A DNA stretch of 64,000 nucleotides from Squalus acanthias (GCA_030390025.1 CM059431.1:155622001-155686000); one strand, 5' to 3'. Shown: positions 1-13,350, counted from the stretch's first letter. A program made the numbers and translations. Notes: generated from the letters alone by a model not told the origin.

Positions 1-80
1 ATAAAGAGAGCGAAAAAGAGAAAAGTCGCTTCTCAGCTGATTATGTACATTAATTGGCTCAATATGATTTCATTTTTTAG

Positions 81-279
81 AGAATCAGAACCCTAAGTGA
101 AAGTCACCGCAGAAGCGATGCTTCCAGAATCCTTTTCGATACCGTGCTGGAAAAGGGAGCTCGGGCAGAAAGAACAATCTGGAACATATTTCTTCAACTG
201 CAGAACACAAAACCACAGCTGAAAGCGACATTTTCAGAGATACAGGGCAGAGTTACAGAGGGAGAAAGTCATTTGGAAG
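81..279 (+). CDS. NLR-type CARD/death-fold exon (C-terminal half); paralog of 53626-53824
   Basis: tttttag|AGAATC...GAAG|gtaggt, 199 nt, phase 0-1, no stop. Reads RIRTLSESHRRSDASRILFDTVLEKGARAERTIWNIFLQLQNTKPQLKATFSEIQGR. Same length and splice context as 53626-53824. Confidence 0.75.
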
Positions 280-839
280 GTAGGTGTTATGCAAATGTAA
301 CTTGCAAAAAAGATTGTGTTTACACTCAGAGTAATAAAGTTTATTATTCATGGCAATGACCTTATTTTAAGTTATATTCTGTGAGGAAGAAATTCTATAT
401 GCGCTGGGAAATATATTAGGCATGATCGCATTTGTCGACAGTTACAACAAACGCCGGACTTTCAGTTCAATTCAAGGTTATTCGGACGCAGTGTACAATA
501 GGCGATCGATGCGAAAGCGCCTTTGTTATGTCTGCGCGAAAAACCAGCGGTATCGCATCTGCTGCTCGTTATGCGGTCGGTCCATGTTGCCCTTTATTGA
601 CTTCAATAGAACTGAATATCGGGCGATTTGAATTTGGTGTGGTTTGTGTTCTGCTCTGGTCCAATAATGGGTTCACTTTTTTGAAGCCGAGGTTTTAACT
701 TGCGCATTACTGTTTCTCGTGGGTGTCAGAAAGCTCCACCGAATTATAAAAATAAGAAATTACCATATTTGGGAATGCAGTGGAGCTTTCTTACCCTCAT
801 GAGAATCAGTAATGCGCATGTTGAAACCTCCTCTTCTAA

Positions 840-1601
840 TGGCCAAAAATTCGGCCCTTCCCGGGTGAATCCACAGTGCGGACTCACCCGTAAGACGTCC
901 CGAAGTGCCGGTTTCCTGCATGCACTGCGCATGAGCGGGAAACCGGAACTTCCGGTCTGGTGAAGTGGGCGTTTCTTAGGTGAACCGCGTGCGCGGTAGA
1001 GGCTGCGTGCAGGCAGCAAACTTAGATTTTTTTTCAGGTTTCTGCGGGAGTTTAAGAAGTGAAGAAACTACGCTTATGAAAAGGAGGCGCAAGACCCGTT
1101 TTCAACAAGGTAAGTGGTTAATTATGTATAATTTAAAAATTGTTTCAACAGGTTTATCTTTTTTTGATACTTTACGGAAAGGTAAGTTTATTTTTATCAC
1201 TTTTAAAAAGTATTTAAATTTTTTCAAAAATGTAATTTTTTTCTTTAAAGTGGTTAATTTATTTAATTATAGTTATTTTATAAATGTGATTTTTTTTAAA
1301 ATTTATTTTAAGTTTAGCTGATCTTTGGGGGCCGATTTAAATTCACAGATTTGACAGGTCTCCTGTCAAATCTATGAATGAAAGATGGTCTGCTGCCATT
1401 GGCTCTCCATGGCCCACGTGATCCCAGGGGATGCTTCGCACTAACTGCGCCCCTGGGACACGCACGCACTGCACGCCGGCAGTTGGGAGAGGCCAAGGAG
1501 CTGAAGTTCCCGTGGGCCCAAAACACAATGGCAGGCGCGGTAGGTGAGTGCGTGCGTGATCCTTACCCCCGCGGCAAGCCGGAGAGACAAATTTCTGGGC
1601 C
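840..1601 (+). mobile_element. MITE (non-autonomous DNA transposon, possibly PIF/Harbinger type), copy 1, 762 bp
   Basis: Imperfect ~12-bp TIRs (tggccaaaaatt / aatttctgggcc), GC-rich ends, AT-rich core. Homologous to 12153-12914, 34601-35310, 48255-49200, 58852-59130 and 63331-63845. Confidence 0.75.
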
Positions 1602-1666
1602 TATATATATATATATGCCTTTATCTTAATGCATATATCTATCTTTCTGTATATATATACATATAT
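1602..1666. repeat. TA-rich microsatellite
   Basis: tatatatatatatatg...gtatatatatacatatatg. Confidence 0.6.
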
Positions 1667-1683
1667 GTGTGGTTTTGTGTATA

Positions 1684-2575
1684 TCTGGCAGGATGCTGAT
1701 ACCTTGAACACTGTGCTCAACTGGCAGCATCCTGTTACAGTTTGAAATATCATACATACCTAGCCAAGTCGCGATATACTTCAAAACCCATACACATCAG
1801 GCAACACTGTGAAAACACATGCTAACAGGATTCTGATAAACAGTGCATCCACGTACACATCAGGAGGGTTCCTGATAGGCTATGAAAGACTGCACACATC
1901 TGCCCGAATGCTGCTACACTAACTCTCCGATATTTATCTGGCAGGATACCTGTATAGTTTATCCTCATACACACCTGGCAGTTCTCCAATACACAATGAC
2001 ACCCTTTACACACCTGACAGTAACCGATACACGCTAAATCTCAATAAACATCTGGCATGACCCTGATGCACTGTGAGTCCCCATACAAAAATGGAATTAT
2101 CCCGATACATTTTGAACACTTGGCAGGATCATGGTACATCGGGGAACCCCATATACATCTGGAAGGATTCTGGTACACCGTAAAACCCCATACATATCTG
2201 ACAAGGTCCCAATACACTGTGAATCCCCATGCATATATGGCAGCATTCTGATATAATGTGAAACCGCATACATACCGGGCAAGATCCTGATACACTGTGA
2301 AACCCCATACACACCTGAAGAAACCAAATATGCTATGAATCAATGTACAAATCTTTCAGGATAATGATACATATAATCTCCATGCAAAACTAGAATAGTC
2401 CCGGTAAACTGTGAAACCGCATACACAGCTGGCAAAGTTCCGGAACATTGAACCCCCATACGCATGTGGGCGGATCCTGATACATTGTGATAAATGACAC
2501 ATAGCTGGCAGGATCCTGATAAACTTTGAAATGCAATACGCACTAGTCAGAATTCCGATACACTGTGAATCCATG
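1684..2575 (+). repeat. Degenerate 39-bp minisatellite, block 1
   Basis: Diverged units of CACCTGGCAGGATCCTGATACACTGTGAAACCCCATACA. Confidence 0.8.
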
Positions 2576-2599
2576 TAAAAAACTGTCAAGCGACAATAT

Positions 2600-2850
2600 A
2601 ATACTCAATGCTATGGAGAAGCTGAGGTTTATCTCCTTAGAACAGAGAAGGTAAAGAAGAGATTTGATAGAGGTGTTCCAAATCATTAACGGTTTTGAGA
2701 TAGTAAAGAATGATAAACTGTTTGCAGTGGCAGCAATGTCTGTCACAAGACAACACATATTCAAGGTGTTTGGTAAAAGAACCAAAGCTAATATGAGGAA
2801 ATATTTCTGAAGAAACGAGCTGCTCTGAAGGGCACTGTATTGCCTGACAT
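2600..2850 (+). mobile_element. Old CR1 LINE 3' fragment
   Basis: Degenerate C-terminal ORF2 motif (ISLEQRR*RRDLIEVFQI). Confidence 0.6.
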
Positions 2851-5465
2851 GAAACATATATAGAAACATAGAACAGTACAGCACAGTACAGGCCCTTCGG
2901 CCCTCGATGTTGTGCCGAGCATTGTCCGAGACCAAGATCAAGCTATCACACTCCCTATCACTCTGGTGTGCTCCATGTGCTTATCCAATAACCGCTTGAA
3001 AGTTCCTAAAGTGTCCGACTCCACTATAACAGCAGGCAGTCCATTCCACACCCCAACCACTCTCTGAGTAAAGAATCTAACTCGGACTTCCCTTCTATAT
3101 CTCCCCCCATGCACCTTATAGTTATGCCCCCTTGTAACAGCTGCCTCTACCCGAGGAAATAGTCTCTGAACATCCACTCTATCTATCCCCCTCATCATCT
3201 TATAAACCTCTATTAAGTCGCCTCTCATCCTCCTCCGCTCTAAAGAGAAAAGCCCCAACTCCCTCAATCTTTCCTCATAAGACCTCCCCCCCAAACCAGG
3301 CAGCATCCTGGTAAATCTCCTTTGCACTCTTTCCAATGCTTCTACGTCCTTCCTATAGTGAGGTGACCAGAACTGCACACAATATTCCAAATGTGGTCTC
3401 ACCAAGGTCCTGTACAGTTGCAGCATAACCTCACGGTTCTTAAACTCAAACCCTCTGTTAATAAACGCCAACACACCATAGGCCTTCTTTACTGCTCTAT
3501 CCACTTGAGTGGCAACCTTCAGAGATCTGTGGATATGAACCCCCAGATCCCTCTGCTCCTCCACGTTCCTCAGAACCCTGCCGTTGACTCTGTAATCCTT
3601 ATTCAAATTTGCCCTACCAAAATGAATCACCTCGCACTTATCAGGGTTAAATTCCATCTGCCATTTTTCGGCCCAGCTCTGCATCCTATCAATGTCTCTT
3701 TGCAGCCTACAACAGCCCTCCACCTCATCCACTGCTCCACCAATCTTGGTGTCATCTGCAAATTTACTGATCCACCCTTCAGTCCCCTCCTCCAAGTCAT
3801 TGATAAAAATCACAAACAGCAGAGGACCCAGCAACGACCCCTGTGGCACACCGCTGGTAACTGGTCTCCAGTCCGAAAATGTTCCATCCACCACCACCCT
3901 CTGCCTTCTATGAGATAGCCAGTTACTTATCCAATCGGCCAAATTTCCCTCTATCCCACAACTCCTTACTTTCTTCATGAGCCGACCATGGGGAACCTTA
4001 TCAAACGCCTTACTAAAATCCATGTATACGACATCAACTGCTCTACCTTCATCTACACACTTAGTTACCTCCTCAAAGAATTCAATCAAATTTGTTAGGC
4101 AAGTCTTACCCTTCACGAATCCGTGTTGACTTTCCCTGATTCAGTTGCACCTTTCCAAATGGTCATAAATCCTATCCCTCAGGACCTTTTCCATTATCTT
4201 ACCAACCACCGAAGTAAGACTAACCGGCCTATAATTACATGGGTAATTCCTATTTCCTTTCTTGAAGAGAGGAACAACATTCTCCACTCTCCAGTCCTCT
4301 GGCACCATTCCCGTGGACAGTGAGGATCCAAAGATCAAAGCCAGAGGCTCTGCAATCTCCTCCCTTGCCTCCCAAACAATCCTAGGATATATCCCATCTG
4401 GCCCAGGGGACTTATCGACACTCAGGTTCTTCAAAATTGCTAAAACATCTTCCCTCAGAACATCTACCACCTCCAGCCTATCCACCTTTATCACACTCTA
4501 ATCCTCATGAACATGGCCCCTCTCCTCGGTGAACACTGACGAAAAGTATTCATTCATCACCTCTCCTATCTCTTCTGACTCAATGCACAAGTTCCCACTA
4601 CTGTCCTTGACCGGCCCTACCCTCACCCTGGTCATTCTTTTATTTCTCACATAAGTGTAAAAGGCCTTGGGGTTTTTCTTGATCCGACCCACCAAGGACT
4701 TCTCATGCCCCCTCCTAGCTCTCCTAAGCTCTTTTTTTAGCTCATTCCTTGCTACCTTGTACCCCTCAATCGACCCAACTGAATCTTGTTTTCTCATCCT
4801 TACATACGCTTCCTTTTTCCTCTTGACTAGACATTCAACCTCTTTTGTGAACCATGGTTCTCTCACTCGGCCATTTCCTCCCTGCCAGACAGGGACATAC
4901 CTATCAAGGACACGCAGTAATTGCTCCATGAAAAAGCTCCACTTTTCGTTTGTGCCTTTCCCTGATAGTTTCTGTTCCCATCTTATACTCCCTAATTCTT
5001 GCCTAATCGCATCATAATTACCCCTCCCCCAATTATAAACCGTGCCCTGCCGTATGGCCCTATCCCTCTCCATTGCAATAGTGAAAGTTACCGAATTGTG
5101 GTCACTATCTCCAAAGTGCTCTCCCACATACAAATCAAACACTTGGCCCGGTTCATTACCCAGTACCTAATCCAACGTGGCCCCAGCTCTTTTCGGCCTA
5201 TCCACATATTGTGTCAGGAAACCCTCCTGCATAAACTGCAAAAACTATCCCATCCGAACTGTTTGACCTATAAAGGTTCCAATCAATATTTGGAAAGTTG
5301 AAGTCACCCATGACAACTACTCTGTGACCTCCACACCTATTCATAATCTGCTTTGCAATTTCTTCCTCCACATCTTTATTACTATTTGGGGGCCTGTAGA
5401 AAACTCCTAAGAACGTGACCGGTCATTTCCTATTTCTAACTTCAGCCCATATTACCTCAGATAGC
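2851..5465 (-). mobile_element. CR1 LINE, 5'-truncated (end of APE plus RT), few stops
   Basis: ORFs 4498-5142, 4141-4494 and 2938-4116 carry GDSDH, KSPGPDG, YRPVSLTS, QGSLLGP, KFADD and RPHLEYC. 3' tail is (CTATGTT)n-like. Confidence 0.95.
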
Positions 5466-5466
5466 A

Positions 5467-5999
5467 GCTCGAAATTGCGTGCAGTTCTGGTCACCTCACT
5501 ATAGGAAGGACGTAGAAGCATTGGAAAGAGTGCAAAGGAGATTCACCAGGATGCTGCCTGGTTTGGGAGGGAGGTCTTATGAGGATTGGGGGAGTTGGGG
5601 CTTTTCTCTTTAGAGCGGAGGAGGATGAGAGGCGACTTAATAGAGGTTTATAAGATGATGAGGGGGATAGATAGAGTGGATGTTCAGAGACTATTTCCTC
5701 GGGTAGAGGCAGCTGTTACAAGGGGGCATAACTATATGGTGCATGGGGGGAGATATAGAAGGGTTGTCCGAGGTAGATTCTTTACTCAGAGAGTGGTTGG
5801 GGTGTGGAATGGCCTGCCTGCTGTGATAGTGGAGTCGGACACTTTAGGAACTTTCAAGCGGTTATTGGATAAGCACATGGAGCACACCAGCGTGATAGGG
5901 AGTGTGATAGCTTGATCTTGGTCTCGGACAATGCTCGGCACAACATCGAGGGCCGAAGGGCCTGTACTGTGCTGTAATGTTCTATGTTCTATGTTCTAT
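5467..5999 (+). mobile_element. CR1 3' end, near-identical inverted copy of ~2862-3385
   Basis: ORF 5586-5915 nearly matches the C-terminus of ORF 2938-4116. Ends in gttctatgttctatgttctat. Confidence 0.9.
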
Positions 6000-6219
6000 C
6001 CGCTCTTATTGCGGACCGGTTGAGGTTGGATACGCAAGCCCCCTTGTTGACCTTCTCAGCCCATTCCTCTCGCTCTTCAATAGTTGTATTTAATTTTCTG
6101 GCCGTCCACTTGATCTTGGAGTTAAGGAAAACAAAATGCGTAAAGATCTTTCCGGCTGTGGGTATCGAATCTGGCGCCGATGTAAAGAGTCAGCGTAACA
6201 TCCCTGATTTAAACATCTG

Positions 6220-7723
6220 TTCAAATCCAGATACATTGCAAAACCCCATACATGTGTGTAAGGATCGCGATTGAATGAAACTTCATACACTGCACGCAAG
6301 AACCTGATAAACTGTGAATCCATGAACACACCTGGCAGTATCCTGATACACTGTGAATGCACATACACACCTGGCATGATCCCGATACAATGTTAAACAC
6401 CATACACACTTGACATGATCCCGATACAATATTAAACACCATACACACCTGGCAGGATCCCGATACACTGTTAAACCCCTTATCTACCTGGCAGGATTCC
6501 GATACACTGTGAAACCTCATACACAACTGGTACGATCCCAATACAATGGTAAACCCCATACACACCTGGCAGGATTCCGATACACTGTTAAACCCCATAC
6601 ACAACTTGTAGTATCCCATTACAATGTTATACCTCATACACACATGGCAGGCTCCCGATACACTGCGAATCCCCAACACACCTGGTGCGATCGCAATTCA
6701 ATATTAAACCCCATATACACCAAGCAGGATCCTGATACACTGTGAAATCCCATACACACCTGGCAAGAATTCCGATAAAACATTAAACCCCAGACACTCC
6801 TGGCAGGATCCCGATAGAATGTGAAACCCCATACACAACTGGAACGTCATGATACACTGTGAAACCCCATACACAACTGGCAGGATCCTGACACACTGTG
6901 GATCCCCATACACACCTGGCAGGATCCCGATACAATGCTAAACCCCAGACACACCTGGCAGGATCCCGAGACAATATTAAACCCCATACACACCTGGCAG
7001 GATCCCTATACACTGTGAAACCCCATAGATAACTGACAGGTTCCCGATAAAATGTTAAACCCCATATACACCTGGCAGTATCCAGATACACTGTGAAACC
7101 CCATAGACACCTGGCAGGATGCCGATGCAGTGTGAAACACCAAACAAAGTTGGCAGAATCCCGATACACTGTAAAACCCATACACACATGGCAGGGACCT
7201 GATAGAATGAAACCCCACTCACACTTGGAACAATCCTGATACACGGTGAAACCCCATAAACACCTGGCATGATCCTGATACACTGTGAAGCCCCAGACAC
7301 ACCTGGCAGGATCCTGATACACTGCGAAACCCCATATACACCTGGTAGGATCCTGATAAACTGTGAAACCCCATATACATCTGTCAGTATCCTGATACAC
7401 TGTGAAGCCCCAGACACACCTGGCAGGATCCTGATACACTGTGAAGCCACACACATACTAGGAAGGATCCTGATACACCATGAACCTCCATACAAACCTG
7501 GAAAGATCCCAATATATTTTGAAACAATGTACACTCCTGGCAGCATCCCGATATACAGTGAAACCGCAAAAATATATAGCAGGATCACAATACACTTAGA
7601 AACAGCATATATATTTCGCAGAATACCAATAAGCTCTGAAAATGGAAGAATGTAGACACGCTGTGAATCAATGAACACAAATGGGAGGATCCTGATACGC
7701 TGTGAATCCCCATAAGCACATGG
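6220..7723 (+). repeat. 39-bp minisatellite, block 2 (best conserved)
   Basis: Tandem 39-bp units; the minus strand translates as 13-aa repeats such as RCVWGFTVYQDPA. Confidence 0.9.
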
Positions 7724-9030
7724 CAACAATAACAACTTGCATTTATATAGCGCCTAACAACGAAGTAAACCGTCCCGAACCGCTTCCCAGGAGCGTTATC
7801 AAAAATAATTTGACATAGAAGCTCATACGGGATTTTAGGGCAGTAAGCATGGTCAAAGAGTTAGCTTTTAACGAACATCTTAAAGAAAGCAAGAGATGTA
7901 AAGAAGTGAGAGAGGTTTTGGGAGGAAATTCCAGAGCTTACGGCCTAGACAGCTGAAGGCATGGCCACCAATGTTGGAGCGATTAAAATCGGGGATGCTC
8001 ACGAGGCCAGAATAAGTGGAGCACAGTTATCTCGGTGCTTTGTGGGACTGGAGGAGATTACAGAGATAGGGAAGGGAGAGTCCATGGTCGGGTTTCAGCA
8101 CTAGGATTGGAATTGTAAGATTGAGGCGTCGTTTAACAGGAAGCCAATGTATGTCATCAAGCAACGGGGTGATGAACGGGAATTTCTGCGAGTTATGAAA
8201 CGGGCAGCAGAGTTTGCGATGAACTCAAACTTACAGAGCGTAGAACGTGGGAGGCCAGTCAGGTGTGCGTTAGCTTAATAAACTCTAGAGATAACAAAGG
8301 CATGGATGGGCGTTTCAGCAGCAGATGTGCTGAGGCAAGGGAAGGGCGGCGACGGACCATGTTCCAACGGTGGAAATAACCGCTCTTAGTTGAGGCACAG
8401 ATAGGTGATCGGGGGCTCATCTCGGGGTCAAATATGATACCATGTTTGCGAACCGTCTGGATCAGCTTCAGACCGTTCTCAGGGAGAGGAATGGAGTTCG
8501 AGGCTAGGGAACGGAGTTTGTGGCGAATATTTAGTTGGAGGAAATTTCTGCTCAGGCAATACTGGGTGTCGGACAAGCATTCTGACAATTAAGTTACGGT
8601 TGGTGGCTCGAGAGATGGGGTTATGAGTTATAGCTGGATGTCGTCACCAAACATGTGGAAGTTGTTGCTGTGCTTTCGGAAGATGTCGCTGAAGGGCAGC
8701 ATGCAGCTGAGAAATGGATGGTTGGCAAAGTTAGACCCCTGAGCGGCACCATATGTAATTGTTTGGGAGCGGGAAGAGAAGCCATTGCAGGTGATTCTCG
8801 ATCTACGATTAGATAGGTAAGACTGGAACCAGGCCAGTGCAGTCCCACCCAGCTGGACGACGGCGGAGAGGCGTTGGAGGACGAAGCGTGGTCAACCGAG
8901 TCAAAGGTACAAAAGGGTCGAGAAGAACAAGGAAGGATAGGTTAATTTTGTCACAATCACATAGGAAGTCATTTTTGTCTTACATCAGAGCCGTTTTGGT
9001 ACTGTGGTTGCGGCGGAAACCTAATTAGAT
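7724..9030 (-). mobile_element. L2-type LINE 3' part, decayed
   Basis: Tail aacaataacaacttgcatttatatagcgcc on the + strand. Minus ORF 8259-8588 contains CLSDTQYCLSRNFLQLN, resembling an L2 RT C-terminal region. Confidence 0.7.
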
Positions 9031-9116
9031 TCTGATACACGTTTAATATACATATACATCATTTAGGAAGAAGATAAACTGTGAATCGCAAAACGCCTGA
9101 CAGTATCCGGATGCAT

Positions 9117-11935
9117 TAAGAATATAAGAACATAAGAAATAGGAGCAGGAGTAGGCCATTCGGCCCATCGAACCTGCTCCACTATTCAATGAGATCATGG
9201 CTGATCTATTGCCTCAACTCCATTCACCGGGCCTATCGCCATATCCTTTGATGCCCTTACTACTCAGAAATCTATCGATTCTGTTCTGAATATACACAAT
9301 GACTGAGCCTCCACAGCTCTCTGGGGTAGAGAAGTTTCACCACCCTCTGTGCGAATAAATTGTTTTTCGTCTCAATCCTGAATGGCCTACCCTTTATCGG
9401 GAGGCTGTGGCCCCTGTTTCCAGTTTCCCCAGCCAAGGGAAAATTTTTCCCATCATCCACCCTATCAAGCCCTGTAACAATTGTGTATGCTTCAATGAGA
9501 TCCCATCTAATTTCTCGAAATTCAAGAAAATACAGGCCTAGTTTACTCAATCTCTTCTCATACGAATGTCCCGCCATCCCAGGAATCAATCTCGTGAATC
9601 TTGGTTGCACTCCCTCTATGGCAAGTATTTCCTTCCTTAGGTAAGGAGACCAAAATTGTACACAGTACTCCAGGTGTGGTCTCAACAAGGCCCTATATAA
9701 TTGGAGTACAATTGCTTTACTTCTGTACTCAATTCCTCTTGTAAAGAAGGCCAGTATATCATTTGCTTTCCCAATGGCTTGCTGCACCTGCACATTCACT
9801 TTCAGTGACTCATATACAAGGACACCCAGGAACATCTGCATTCCCCAATCTTTCACCATCTACGAAATACTCCGGCTTTCTATTTTTTCTACCAAAGTGG
9901 ATAAATTCACATTTATCCAAATTATATTCCATCTACCATGTTCTCGCCCACTCACTGAGCCTGTCAAGATCCTCTTGAAGCCTCTTGACATCCTCTTCAC
10001 ATTGACACTGCCACCTAGCCTTGTATCATCAGCAAATTTGGAAATGTTACATTTAGTCCCCTCATCCAAATCATTTATATAGATTGTGAATAGCTGGGGC
10101 CCAAGCACCGATCCTTGCGGTACCACGCTAGTCAGAGTCTGCCATCCTGAAACGACGGATTTATCCCTACACTTTGTATTCTGTCTGTTAACCAATTCTC
10201 AATCCATGCTAGTATATTACACCCAATTCCATACACCCTAATTTTGTTCACCACCTCTTGTGTGGGACCTTATCGAAGGCCTTCTGATAATCCAAATGCA
10301 CCACATCTACCGGTTCCCCTTTGTCTACTCCACTAGTTACATCCCCAAAAACTCTGTTAGGTTTGTAAAACCGGATGTGCCTTTCATAAATCCATGCTGA
10401 CTCTACCCAATCTTAATATTATTTTCCATTTTCCCATTTTTTTAAATAGCGTGGTTACATTTGCTCTCCTCCAATCTGCAGGAACCGTTCCAGAATCTAC
10501 AGAATTTTGGAAGATGACAACTAATTCGTCCAGTATCCCAATGGCCAACTCTTTGAAAACGTTAGGATGTAAGTCATCCGGTCCTTGGGATTTATCGACT
10601 TTTAGTCCCATTAATTTTGCTAGTACTGTTTTTTTACCAATAATAATTTCTTTAAGTTCCTGATTCTCTCATTACCCTTGGTTTTCTCGTGATTCTGGGA
10701 GGTTTTTTGTGTCTTCCTCCGTGAAGACAGAAACAAAATGTTTATTTAATTTCCCCATTATAAATGTTCCCGTCTCTGACAGTAAAGGACCTACATTTAC
10801 CTTCGCCTGTAATTTCCTTTTCATATACCTATGGAAGCTTTTACAATCCGTTTTTATATTTTTCGCTGGTTTGTGCTCATATTCCATTTTCCCTTTCTTT
10901 ATCAATTTCTTGTTCCGCATTTGCTGATTTCTAAAAAAGATGTCAATTCTCAGACTGACCGCTTTTTGTGGCAACTTTATAAGCTTCCTCCTTTGACTTA
11001 AAACTAGCTTTAATTTATTTTGTTAGTCACGGTTGAATCTCTTTTTCAATTGGGTTTTTATTCCCTAGATGAACCTATGTTTGTTGCATATTATGAAAAA
11101 TTTCCATAAATGTTAGCCATTGCATGTCCACATTCATAACTTTTAGTGTAGTCTCCCAATCTACCATGGCAAACTTGTCCCTCATATGCTTGCAGTTTCC
11201 ACTGTTTAGATTGAAGACCTTAGTTTTAAATTGGATTACATCACTCTCAAACTTAATGTAAAATTCAATCATATTATGGTCACTTGTCCCTAAAACCCCT
11301 TTACCACAATAATATTGATTTGCCCATTCTCATTACACAGTACCCGATCCAGGTTAGCCTGTTCACTGTTTGGTTCCTCCACATATTCATCCAGGATAAA
11401 ATCTCGAATGCATTCCAAGAATACGTCCTTCACATCATTAGTGATAATTTCATTGGTCAATCATTATGTTGATTAAAGTCCTCCATGATTACCGTATTGC
11501 CCTTGTTACATGCACTTCTAATTTATTGATTGATACTGTGCCCTACATTACCACTACTATTTGGTGGCCTATACACAAATCCCACAAATATTTTCCGCCC
11601 TTTGCTGTTCCTTAGCTCCACCTAAACTAATTCCAGTTCTATGTCACGCTCTGCCGAGCCAGGATCTTTTATCTCTACCGTACCGAACACATCCCTTATT
11701 AACAGCGCTACGACACCTCTTTGTCCTTTTTGTCTGTCCTTCCTAAATGTTAAGTACCCTGGAACATTCAGTACCCAGCTTTGGTTACCCTGCAACCATG
11801 TTTCTGTAATGGCCATTACAGCATACCCATCTACTTCTATTAGTGCCATTAATTCATCCACCTTGTTGCGAATGCTACGAGCATTTAAATAAAGTGCTTC
11901 CAACTTTCCCTGTTTAATATTTTTCTGCATCACCG
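9117..11935 (-). mobile_element. CR1 LINE ORF2 (APE+RT), decayed
   Basis: Fragments with LYLNARSIRNK, ITETWL, QGSVLGP, KFADD and RPHLEYC. (TTCTTATG)n-type tail at ~9117-9135. Confidence 0.92.
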
Positions 11936-11939
11936 TACA

Positions 11940-13350
11940 GAACTACTAGAAACATGATATACACTGAATCTCAATAGACATCGTGTTGGAGCATGAAACA
12001 TTATGAAACCCCATAGATAACTGACATGATCCCTACACGCTGTAAAGCCCCATACATAATTGGCAGGGTCGGATAAAATATGAAACTCCATACACAACAG
12101 GCAGAATGCTGATACACGGTAAAACAGCATTCATATCTCGCAAGTACATGATGGGCCACAAATTCGGCTTTCCGGCTTCCTGCGGGTGCAATCATCGCGC
12201 GCGTACTTGCCCATCGCGCTTGCAGTTGTGCTTTGGGCTCAAGAGGAATTCGGGTCCTGGGTCTCCTGCAGCTGCCGCCACGCAGTGCTTGTGTATCCCA
12301 GTGGCGCAGTTAGTTCGAAGCGTCCCCTTGGATCACGTGGGCCATGGAGAGCCAATCCTAGCAGGTACTTTACATTCATAGATTTGACAGGAAGACCTGT
12401 CAAATCTATGAATAGAGATCGGCCCCAAAACCACACTTAAACTTGAAATACATTTTTTAAAAAGTCACATTTTTAAAATAACTATACGTTAAATAAATTA
12501 ATAACTTTAAACAAAAATTTAAATTTTTGAAAAAAATAATGATACTTTTCAACGGTGATAAAAATAAACTTACATTTCTTTAAATTATGTAAAAAAGATA
12601 ATACTTTGAAATTTTTTTTACATTGTAATAAATTAACCACTTACCTTATTATAAATAGGCCTTGCGCCTCCTTTTCAAAATGGCAGCTTCTTCATATTTA
12701 TCTGGCCGGAGAAACCTGAAAAAAAACCTGAAGTTCGCTGCGTGCGCGCAGCCTCTCCGCCGCACGCGTTCGACTTCTGAATCCCTCCCTTCGGGGGAAC
12801 GGATGTTCCAGTTTATCCGCGCATGCGCAGTGCAGGCAGGAAACCGGCACTCCAGGTGGCCTTACGGTGAGTAAACAGCGCGGACTCAACCGACCACAGC
12901 CAAATTTCTGGCCCATATGTTGTGAAAATCCGTACACACCAGGCAGGACCCAGAAATAATGAGAAGCACAATACTGAAATTGTAGGATCCTGATATACGG
13001 CAAAACACCGTGCACGCCAGGCTGTAACGGAAAATATTGTGAAACTGTATGCCTGGCTTATACACTGTTCAGCCCACGGATACCTTGCAGGATCATGATA
13101 TACTTTGAAATCACATACACACTTGTTGGGATCCAGTTACACTGTGAAATCCCATACACTCTTGGTGAGATACTGATACAATTTGAAACCCCATACATAC
13201 CTGGCAGGGTCTTGACACACTGTGAACCCCCACAGATACCTGCTGGATCTGGATATACTGTGAAATCCGATAAACACTTGGCAGGATCTGGTTACACTAT
13301 GAAACGCTAGACGCACCTGGCAGGATCCTTATACAAAGTGGAATCAAATA
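11940..13350 (+). repeat. 39-bp minisatellite, block 3, split by MITE copy 2
   Basis: Same degenerate units on both sides of 12153-12914. Confidence 0.75.
12153..12914 (-). mobile_element. MITE copy 2, 762 bp, inverted relative to copy 1
   Basis: TIRs gggccacaaatt / aatttctggccc (11/12 match). Perfect 18-bp internal inverted repeat at 12374-12413. Confidence 0.8.

Noticed and set aside
3391..5017. Antisense ORFs overlapping CR1 ORF2, here and in other copies
   Set aside because: Shadow frames of the LINE coding sequence with no independent evidence.
6220..7723. CACTGTG (V(D)J RSS heptamer) in most minisatellite units
   Set aside because: No ACAAAAACC-like nonamer at 12- or 23-bp spacing and no V/D/J segments nearby.
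6220..7723. CTGATA...GAAAC in the repeat unit resembling a hammerhead core
   Set aside because: Lacks G8-A9 of CUGANGA and has no adequate stem II or stems I/III.
6220..7723. CRISPR-like regular repeats
   Set aside because: Head-to-tail units without unique spacers, vertebrate context, no cas genes.
6783..7735. Long Cys/Trp-rich repetitive ORFs
   Set aside because: By-product of a 39-bp unit (a multiple of 3); open in several frames and without splice or domain support.
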